From a virus (lineage: Duplodnaviria > Caudoviricetes), in IMG/VR virus record IMGVR_UViG_2816332589_000001, positions 1 through 64,000 of that record: DNA of 64,000 bases. One strand, written 5' to 3'. Positions 57,177-64,000 of this stretch are shown piece by piece (position 1 is the first letter of the stretch; every line of letters begins with the position of its first letter). The position numbers and the translations under genes were made by a program. The notes under the pieces were generated by a model. The model had not been told where the DNA came from, did no database searches, and saw only the letters and a list, made by a program, of their open reading frames with translations.

Positions 57177-58376
57177 GTGGTCACCGGATGGCGCTTCATA
57201 GCGCAGCGCGCGCTCCCCGAGACGATCATCGACTGGGAAGTCCCGCTCACGCTGTCCTCCAACCCGAAGAGAAGCCTCTCCGGCCCCGGGTCGATGACGG
57301 GGACGATCGAGCCCGAGTACGCCCGTATGGTCGGCCCGGACGGTCAGCCGATCATTGAGGACTGGAACACCAAGCTCTACCTGGAGATCGAGGGCCACAT
57401 CAGGTGGGGCGGCATCGTCACCAAGACCACGTTCGACGGCCCGAAGTGCACCGTCAACTGCGAAGGCTTCAGCTCCTACGCGCAGGGCATCCCGTTCGAG
57501 GAGCGCATCATCTCCGGCGCGCTCATCACGCCGAAGGACCCCTACGCCGGCAAAGACAAGAACCATGATGGATGGGTTGACGGCCAGAAGAACAAGCAGC
57601 GCGTCCCTGATCCGCCGAAGCCGTACGGCGGCACACGGCTCGACGCCTACGAGGTGTTCCGCGCCATCTGGAGACACGTCCAGACCCGCCCGTACGGCAA
57701 TATCGGCCTGACGATCGACAGCCACAAGCTCGGCGAACTCCTGGGGGCTACCGACGGCACCGACCCGTGGGAACTCGCCTGGTGGAACCATCCAGATTGC
57801 GGTCAGGCACTCGACGGCCTGGCCCGGGAGATCCCCTTCGACTGGGTCGAGAACCACGCCTGGGCTGACAGCGGCAACACCATCTCGCACCACATCACCC
57901 TGGGCAGGCCCCGTCTCGGTCGTAAGCGCACGGATCTCCGGTTTGCCGACGGCGAGAATCTGGCGGCCATCGCCAAACCGGAAGGCATGGGCGACTCCTT
58001 CGCCAACGAGGTGTTCGTCCTCGGCAAAGGCGAAGGCCAGAAGATGAAGAGGGCGCAGGTCCACCGCTATGACGGGCGTCTGCGCCGTGTCGCGACGGTG
58101 ACCGACAAGACCCTCAGCTCCGACCGCGCGTTGCGGACCCGCGGAGAGCAGGAGCTGGCCGGCCGCACACACGCCCTTCAGATTCCCGCCATCCAGGTCA
58201 TCGATCACCCCAACGCGCGGCTCGGGTCCTGGCAGCTCGGTGACGACATCCTCGTCCAGGCCCACGTTCCGTGGGTCGGCGACGTGGCGGTCTGGCACCG
58301 GATCATCGCCGACGAGATCAGCGCCGACGGCCTGGTCGTGCTCACCCTCAAGCGCAGCGACTCCTTCGTCTACTGA
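57177..58376 (+). CDS. Minor tail (hub) protein
   Basis: LSGPG, IRWGGI, RLGRKR.DLRF..GEN, ANEV..LGKGEG. Confidence 0.8.
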   Translation: MVTGWRFIAQRALPETIIDWEVPLTLSSNPKRSLSGPGSMTGTIEPEYARMVGPDGQPIIEDWNTKLYLEIEGHIRWGGIVTKTTFDGPKCTVNCEGFSSYAQGIPFEERIISGALITPKDPYAGKDKNHDGWVDGQKNKQRVPDPPKPYGGTRLDAYEVFRAIWRHVQTRPYGNIGLTIDSHKLGELLGATDGTDPWELAWWNHPDCGQALDGLAREIPFDWVENHAWADSGNTISHHITLGRPRLGRKRTDLRFADGENLAAIAKPEGMGDSFANEVFVLGKGEGQKMKRAQVHRYDGRLRRVATVTDKTLSSDRALRTRGEQELAGRTHALQIPAIQVIDHPNARLGSWQLGDDILVQAHVPWVGDVAVWHRIIADEISADGLVVLTLKRSDSFVY

Positions 58377-58389
58377 TCCCGGCTCCGGC

Positions 58390-58455
58390 GTTCACCGTGG
58401 GAACGCCTCGGCCGCCCCTGTCCCGGGCCTCCGGCGGGGTGTTCCCACGGTGAAC
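58390..58455. promoter_or_regulatory. Two inverted parS-like boxes (58390-58404, 58441-58455)
   Basis: GTTCACCGTGGGAAC and GTTCCCACGGTGAAC 36 bp apart. Confidence 0.6.
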
Positions 58456-58465
58456 AGCAGCCCGG

Positions 58466-58493
58466 GACGCAAGCTGTGTGCGCTGCCCAGCAT
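58466..58493 (+). promoter_or_regulatory. Late-promoter motif GACGCAA-N15-CAGCAT
   Basis: ATG 58502 8 nt downstream, no RBS. Confidence 0.65.
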
Positions 58494-58501
58494 CCGCAGC
58501 C

Positions 58502-60010
58502 ATGGCGAATTTTTTGGACGTGGGCACGGATGCGCAGCGCTTCGCTGCCATCCTCGCCGACTACGAGCGGCGGCTCGAAGCGCTGGAGCGCAGCACCCAG
58601 GCCGGATACACCTCCATCGAGGGCGGCGGCACCCTCGACATCTACGACGAGAACGGCACCCTGAAGGGCTCTGTCGGCGTCCAGCCTGACGGCGGTGTCG
58701 CGCTCGTCCCGGTCAACACGAATCCGCCGCCCACCCCGATGCCGCCCGCCCTCGAACCGGTCCTGGCCGGTCTGCTGGTCACCTGGGACGGGCAGTGGGA
58801 CGACGCTTACGGCACCCCCACAGATCTCGCCGGAGTGCAGATCCACCTGGGGGCCACCGCCGACTTCGTGCCGGACCTGTCCAGCCTCGCCGCGACGATC
58901 ACCAACGGCTCCGGCGGCACCATCACCGTCTCCACCCCCACGTACGGAAGCGTGTGGGTGCGTCTGGTCGCGGTGAACACCGCGCAGATCACCGGGCCGC
59001 CGTCCACCGCGGTGCAGGGCACCCCACGGCAGGTCGATGGCCCGGACCTGTCCAAACTGCTGGACCTGGCCACCTGGCTCAAGGACGAGTCCATACCCGG
59101 CTCCAAACTCGTCCGCGAGACGATCGGCGCGGACCTGCTCGCCGCCAACGCCGTGGTCGCCGGAAAGATCGACGCGGGCGCCATCACCGGGCGTGAGATC
59201 AAGGCCCAGACGCTGGAGGGCCTGCACATCAAGGCCGGCACGCTCGACGCCACCCACATCAAGGCCGGCAGCATCAAGGCCGAGCTGATCGCCGCCGACG
59301 CACTCAACGGCAAGACGATCACCGGCGCCACGGTGCAGACCGGCACGACCGGCTCGCGCATCGTCATGGACACCGGACTGCGACTGTACGACGCCGACGG
59401 CGTCCTCGCGGCAGAGGCCACCGTCGGCGACCTGGCCACCCGCGAGGTCGGTTTCGCCGCCTACAACAACACCCTGGGCGGCGCCTTCCGGTACTGGGCG
59501 ATGCTCAGCCGCGGCTACGTCACCTTCGGCCGGGACGGCACCACCTACGTACGAAACCCCAACCTCGACCACCACCTGTCCGGCGATGTAAGCGCTCTGG
59601 AGATCACCTCCGGCGCGGTGGGACCGGAGTACGGAGGCCAAGCCGTTCTTCAGCTCATCGGCGGCGACCCCACGGGCCAGCAGCAGCCACAGGCGCGCCT
59701 GCACGCAGAGAAGCTGGGCACCCAGTGCGACTTGGACGTCTCTGGGGTCTTCACGGCGCGCAACATCGCCACGGGAACCGTCACCATCACCCCCACCATC
59801 GCCGACCGGCCGTTCTCCGTCACCGTCACCGGCCTGAACGTCGCCGGCAAGACCTTTCGCGGGTTCGTGACAGCCCTGAGCAGCGTCCCGGGCACCGGCG
59901 TGACCGGGTGTACCGCTACCAACGTCACCGGCAAGGGCCTGACGATCTTTCTCACCCGCCACGACACGAACATCCCCACCGGCATCAACTGGATGATCAT
60001 CGGAAGCTGA
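58502..60010 (+). CDS. Minor tail / tail fibre protein
   Basis: ERRLEALER, FnIII-like segment, 10-residue IKAGxIxA repeats. Confidence 0.8.
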   Translation: MANFLDVGTDAQRFAAILADYERRLEALERSTQAGYTSIEGGGTLDIYDENGTLKGSVGVQPDGGVALVPVNTNPPPTPMPPALEPVLAGLLVTWDGQWDDAYGTPTDLAGVQIHLGATADFVPDLSSLAATITNGSGGTITVSTPTYGSVWVRLVAVNTAQITGPPSTAVQGTPRQVDGPDLSKLLDLATWLKDESIPGSKLVRETIGADLLAANAVVAGKIDAGAITGREIKAQTLEGLHIKAGTLDATHIKAGSIKAELIAADALNGKTITGATVQTGTTGSRIVMDTGLRLYDADGVLAAEATVGDLATREVGFAAYNNTLGGAFRYWAMLSRGYVTFGRDGTTYVRNPNLDHHLSGDVSALEITSGAVGPEYGGQAVLQLIGGDPTGQQQPQARLHAEKLGTQCDLDVSGVFTARNIATGTVTITPTIADRPFSVTVTGLNVAGKTFRGFVTALSSVPGTGVTGCTATNVTGKGLTIFLTRHDTNIPTGINWMIIGS

Positions 60011-60020
60011 GGACAGACAG

Positions 60021-60218
60021 ATGCCCCAAGCCATTGAGGACGTACCGCCGCACGCTGACCTGCTGGCCCACTGCCACACTCCGGACTGCCCAGCGGCCGA
60101 CAAGGAATTCGTCGTCCGCTGTTACGAGAACCCGGGCGAACCGCGCTACGCCGCATCGTGCGGCCTGTGCGGTAAGCCGATCACGGATTTAGTCATCATT
60201 CCTGCCGGCGGTCAGTGA
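60021..60218 (+). CDS. Small Cys-rich protein (possible fibre-associated)
   Basis: RBS GAGGA; CHTPDC...CGLCGKPITD. Confidence 0.7.
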   Translation: MPQAIEDVPPHADLLAHCHTPDCPAADKEFVVRCYENPGEPRYAASCGLCGKPITDLVIIPAGGQ

Positions 60219-60224
60219 CCGCGC

Positions 60225-60251
60225 GACGCTACCGCGTATCTCGTGCACGGT
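60225..60251 (+). promoter_or_regulatory. Late-promoter motif GACGCTA-N14-CACGGT
   Basis: Conserved copy. Confidence 0.6.
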
Positions 60252-60328
60252 ATGCGCTGCGGGGAGCCGCGGGCCGTACGCCGGCCCCGGCTCCCGCGCA
60301 CCCCAGCAACCCATCATGAGGAGGCGCC

Positions 60329-60835
60329 ATGGACTGGCTGACTTCCGCGGCGCCCGCCATCGCTTCCGCGTTCGCCGCCCTCGGCGTCATCACCGGAGCC
60401 GCCTTCAGCTACCGGCAGGTCAAGCGCAAGGGCGACACGGACGAGCGCATAGCCACCGCGCAGGTCCGCGCGACCACCGAGGCCGCCGAGGGACAGACGT
60501 ACGTCGAGGCGATGAAGACCGTCACCGCCGGGTTCTCCTCGCTCCTCGACCAGCAGCGCGGGATGCTCGACCAGCAGAAGGTCCTCCTGGAGCAGGAGCG
60601 CACCATGCACGCCCAGACCGTGGAGCGGGTGAACCTGCTGGAGGCTGGCCAGCTGGAGCTGACCCGGGAGGTGCGCCAGCTCCAGGAGGAGCAGCGCAAG
60701 GACCGCCGCTGGAAGGCTGCCGCCCTCGACTACATCCGTGACCTGCGCGGCCTGCTCGCGAAGGCCCTCGGCCGCCCCGCGCCGGAACCGCCCGAGGAGA
60801 TCGCCGCGGACATTCTCGGGCCGGACCGTCTGTGA
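60329..60835 (+). CDS. Membrane-anchored coiled-coil protein (lysis-cassette associated)
   Basis: N-terminal TM, long coiled coil, C-terminal PAPEPP; RBS GAGGAGG. Confidence 0.75.
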   Translation: MDWLTSAAPAIASAFAALGVITGAAFSYRQVKRKGDTDERIATAQVRATTEAAEGQTYVEAMKTVTAGFSSLLDQQRGMLDQQKVLLEQERTMHAQTVERVNLLEAGQLELTREVRQLQEEQRKDRRWKAAALDYIRDLRGLLAKALGRPAPEPPEEIAADILGPDRL

Positions 60836-60853
60836 CCGGCCCCGGCAGCCCGG

Positions 60854-60881
60854 GACGGTAGCCGGGGCCGGGCGCCAGTGT
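60854..60881 (+). promoter_or_regulatory. Late-promoter motif GACGGTA-N15-CAGTGT
   Basis: Conserved copy upstream of the holin. Confidence 0.65.
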
Positions 60882-60918
60882 TCCCGTCGTCCTACTTCAC
60901 CGACAGACGGGAACCTCC

Positions 60919-61239
60919 ATGTCCACCCTCCAGACCATCGCCACCGGCTCCGGCATCGGCGGCCTGCTGCCGCTGCTGACGGCCATCGTGCAGCGCCCGC
61001 ACTGGTCCGTCGGGACCAAGAAGATCGTCGCCGTCGTCATGGCGGTCGTCACCGGCGTCATCACCGTCATCTCCAGCGGCGGCCTCGACCAGTTCCAGCA
61101 CGGCTGGCTGACCTTCGGCACCGTCGGCGCCGTCGTCGCCGCCTCGCAGGCCGCCTACGATCTGATCTGGAAGCCGAGTAGCCTCGCCCCGGCCATCGAG
61201 TCCGCCACCAGCCCCAAGAGGGCTCCAGCGGCCGAATAA
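60919..61239 (+). CDS. Putative holin
   Basis: 106 aa, three TM segments, PLLTAIVQRP.W...K, Y..IWKP. Confidence 0.75.
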   Translation: MSTLQTIATGSGIGGLLPLLTAIVQRPHWSVGTKKIVAVVMAVVTGVITVISSGGLDQFQHGWLTFGTVGAVVAASQAAYDLIWKPSSLAPAIESATSPKRAPAAE

Positions 61240-61521
61240 GGCACACAGTAGGGGAGCGTCCGCGTGGCGGCGGGTATCATCCCCCGAGGTGGCCGCCGCG
61301 CCGCCGACCTCACCGTCGCAGGCAGCGACTCCGCGGTTTCAGGGCTTTCCACTGGTTGGGCCTGGAGCGTGCCGCGGGGAAGCACCAAGCAAACTGCGCC
61401 CCTCACGGGGCCCAGGGCTGGGTACTGGCCGCTATCCGGGACGATCCAGCTCACGGTGAGATCGGTCGCACGGCGGCCACCTTGTACCCCGTGACGATGA
61501 GCACCAGGAGGGCCAGCCGGG

Positions 61522-62085
61522 ATGGCGGCACCGCAGCAAGACGCGCCCGACGAGCGGGGAACACGCCAGAGCCGCTGGACGGAGCCGGAGCCTGGCGCCG
61601 TGGCCGCCCAGATCGAGTCATTGCGGACGCTCGCGAAGCCCGAGTTCGGAAGGGCGTTGGCGGAGTTCATCGCCGCGGACAACGATGACCGGGACGAGGC
61701 CACCGCGTACGCGATCCGCTCGCCGCAGCTCGTCCGCAAGGCGCGCCGGCTGATCCCCGAGCTCGTACGTGAGCCGGAGAAGTACCTTCCCGCGATCCCC
61801 GGCACGTCGAACAACGCCCACGTCCGGCGCCTGGCCCAGTTCCGGAGCCGCGCCGACCACGAGGCGCAGATCCTCTTCTACGTGCAGGCCGGGATGGTCG
61901 CCCGCCGTGGGCACCTGTTGCCCGAGCCGAGCCCCCGGTCACGCGCCCGGCGCCGCCTCGCCGACGAGTTCCCCGAGCGGTTCCTGGAGCTCGTGCGCGA
62001 AGAGGAGGCCGCGGACAAGAAGGCCGCGGCGCAGCGGGAGGCCGAACGCAAACGTGCCCGTACGGAGCGCGCCGCGGCGCAGTAG
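61522..62085 (+). CDS. Hypothetical helical protein
   Basis: High GC3, RBS AGGAGG, followed by a terminator. Confidence 0.7.
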   Translation: MAAPQQDAPDERGTRQSRWTEPEPGAVAAQIESLRTLAKPEFGRALAEFIAADNDDRDEATAYAIRSPQLVRKARRLIPELVREPEKYLPAIPGTSNNAHVRRLAQFRSRADHEAQILFYVQAGMVARRGHLLPEPSPRSRARRRLADEFPERFLELVREEEAADKKAAAQREAERKRARTERAAAQ

Positions 62086-62097
62086 CGGAGCTTCATC

Positions 62098-62131
62098 AGG
62101 GCGTACCCCGGTCCAGGGGTACGCCCTTTTT
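62098..62131 (+). terminator. Intrinsic terminator
   Basis: AGGGCGTACCCC-N6-GGGGTACGCCCT followed by a T run. Confidence 0.75.
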
Positions 62132-62640
62132 CGTGCCCGCGTACGGCGTACCCCCTCGCCCGGGGTACGCGTCTCGTACGGCCTGGGCGTCGTACCGTAC
62201 GGTCCCGCGGCGAGGCGTACGACGAGGTACGGGGTACGGGGCGGCACCCGTACGCCTCGTACGGGTACGCGCCGGGCACGGGGTACGGGTACGGCCGCAT
62301 CTTGCACCGTACGGCGGCATACGCGCAGGTCAGAGCTAGGTACGACTCCAGCGGCCGGGCCCTGCTCCGAGAGGCGCCGAGCGAATGCCGAGGAGCGTTC
62401 ACCGCGAGAACGCCCCGCGCCGCAGCCCGTACGCGGCCGGAGTCCTGCGCGTACGCCGCGTACGCCGACCCGCACCCCGTACGCGTACGCCTCGTATCGC
62501 CGTACGCGTACGCCCTCGGCCCGTACACGTACGGGGTCGCCGCGCCCCGTACGCTCCGTCCGCCGTACGCCCCGTACGGTCGGCCACCGTACGGGCAGCG
62601 TCGTACGGCCGTACGGTGGCGCGAAGCGTACGGCCGTACG
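62100..62640. repeat. Non-coding GTAC/CGTACG-dense array
   Basis: About 35 GTAC tetramers counted by eye in ~540 bp. Confidence 0.85.
62397..62411. promoter_or_regulatory. parS-like box GTTCACCGCGAGAAC
   Basis: Identical to the 50162 box; sits in the GTAC-free centre of the array. Confidence 0.6.
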
Positions 62641-62825
62641 CGGAGCTCGGCGTCTGTGCCACGCTCTCTGCCTGATCAGTACCAGGCGCCGTCGCGCATT
62701 GGTGGGCAACAACAGGCTCGCCCGGTGAACCAGACGTGACGTGACGTGACGCGACGGCCGAAGCGCTCCGCTCCCGGCAACCGGCCGACGGGGCGGTCCT
62801 GCCTCCGGCACGTCACGTCACTTCG

Positions 62826-64000
62826 TCATCGGGCCTGGAGAGTGCGCTTGAGGAACTCGTTGAATTTCCGGGCCGGAACGCGGTCGCCGAACTTGGCGTA
62901 CGCCTCTGCGGCCTGCGTCATGCCCTGTGCCTTGAGCCTTTCGAGGACTTCTCCCCTGTGCGCCCGGATGTGGTCCTGAAGCCGCGATCCGCCCCGGATG
63001 TCATCGATGCTGCTCGCTCCCGGGGGCAGCAGGTCGGCCACGAACTCCAGCGACGGCATACCGAGCATCTGCGCTTGGAACTCCACTTCATCGATCATGC
63101 TCGCCTGTGCCCGCTCTTCCGCCGTCATGTTGGCGGTGCGCTTGGCCTGCCGGGGCGTGGCCGCGGCGGGCGGCGGCGGTTCGGCCGCGGCCGGGGCCGC
63201 ATCCGGCTGAGGGGCCGGGCTTGGCTGGGGCGATGCGGCCTTGCTCATCAGCGCCATGGTGATCGCGCTGTTGGCATCGACCGTGCCCCACTCGGTGCTG
63301 CGCACGACGACCTGGGCGAGTGTTCCAGCACCGTACTGGGCGCGCAGCGCGTGAAGGCGCGGTTCGGCGGTCGCCGGATCGGCCAGGGCGTCGGCCATCT
63401 GCTGTTCGATGATCTCGGCGTCGGGCAGGGCAGGCGGGGCGGGCGGCGCCGGAGCAGGAACGGCGGGCTCTGCGGCCGGGCGCTGCGGAACAGCCTGGCC
63501 CCATGCGTCGTCGTACGGGTCCGGCGGGTCGGGATACTCCGCAGCCATCTGCGCCTGCGCGGCCTGCCGCTCCGCGGCCTGCCGTTCGGCACGGGCCTGC
63601 TGTTCGGCGAGGAGCTTGTTGCGCTGGCCCTCGATCACCTGGCGGAAGGTGACGCCGGGCCGGTCGGGCATGTGCAGTTCGGCGAGTCCCGCGCCGGCCG
63701 CTTGCTCCAGCAGGGAGTAGAGGGCGTTGGGGTTCTTCCAGACCTCGCGTTTTTCGATCTGGCCGAGGTACCAGCCGAGCGGATTGCGGGCGGAGACCGG
63801 GTGCTCGTGGTCGCCGTCGTCCTCGCCGTCGCTGATCTCGAAGACCTGCTTGTACGCGTACTTCTTCGCGGCGGTCATGGCCTTGTTGCTGGCCTTGTCG
63901 GCGACGTCGGCGCCTTCTCCGACGACGATGATGGGGGTGTCCATCTCGTCGCCCTGCGGGCCGCGCATCACGTAGCGGACGGTCAGGATGGCGACGTTGA
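62826..64000 (-). CDS. ERF-family ssDNA annealing protein (5'-partial)
   Basis: GEGADVADKASNKAMTAAKKYAYKQVFEI...DDGD; frame open to the window edge. Confidence 0.8.
   Translation of the reverse strand, partial: NVAILTVRYVMRGPQGDEMDTPIIVVGEGADVADKASNKAMTAAKKYAYKQVFEISDGEDDGDHEHPVSARNPLGWYLGQIEKREVWKNPNALYSLLEQAAGAGLAELHMPDRPGVTFRQVIEGQRNKLLAEQQARAERQAAERQAAQAQMAAEYPDPPDPYDDAWGQAVPQRPAAEPAVPAPAPPAPPALPDAEIIEQQMADALADPATAEPRLHALRAQYGAGTLAQVVVRSTEWGTVDANSAITMALMSKAASPQPSPAPQPDAAPAAAEPPPPAAATPRQAKRTANMTAEERAQASMIDEVEFQAQMLGMPSLEFVADLLPPGASSIDDIRGGSRLQDHIRAHRGEVLERLKAQGMTQAAEAYAKFGDRVPARKFNEFLKRTLQAR

Larger units (their letters stand above)
15382..64000. mobile_element. Siphovirus-type phage-plasmid / prophage region (boundaries not visible; the accessory genes at 1-15 kb probably belong to the same element)
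   Basis: Portal, prohead protease, HK97-type capsid, tail tube, frameshifting chaperone, tape measure, minor tail proteins and holin co-occur with ParA/ParB, a TA pair and an ERF recombinase; no integrase in the window. Confidence 0.85.

Noticed and set aside
62100-62640. Possible CRISPR array
   Set aside because: No constant-length repeat-spacer periodicity and no cas genes
61769-62811. Arg/Tyr/Val-rich ORFs across the GTAC array
   Set aside because: Translations simply reflect the GTAC repeats in all frames; no start signals or codon bias

Overview
High-GC, Streptomyces-like DNA that reads as part of a siphovirus-type phage-plasmid. No integrase, rRNA, tRNA or CRISPR array is visible. All family assignments come from motif recognition by eye; no database was searched. 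About 1-15 kb is an accessory region: a radical SAM/SPASM gene, an XRE-TPR regulator, an XRE/DUF397/HATPase triad, two Nudix proteins, an EEP phosphoesterase, a graspetide (ATP-grasp RiPP) precursor plus maturase, a DEDDh exonuclease and a P-loop kinase. About 15.4-61.3 kb is a + strand virion module: portal-MuF fusion, a ~5,600-aa DarB-like methyltransferase/SNF2 helicase, a prohead protease polyprotein with a 2H phosphoesterase domain, an HK97-fold capsid, neck and tail genes with a -1 frameshifting chaperone, tape measure, minor tail proteins and a holin. A toxin-antitoxin pair and a parB-parA cassette interrupt this module on the opposite strand. The window ends with a GTAC-dense non-coding array and a partial ERF-type recombinase. 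Main hidden structure: (i) a shared x-x-K|(A/S/T/G) putative protease cleavage code across head proteins that would release a 2H (Acb1-like) enzyme and the giant protein as capsid cargo; (ii) a well-formed gene nested out of frame inside the giant ORF; (iii) 15 copies of a GACGNWA-N14/15-NANNNT late-promoter motif; (iv) six GTTC-N7-GAAC parS-like boxes; (v) about 35 GTAC sites in 540 bp.
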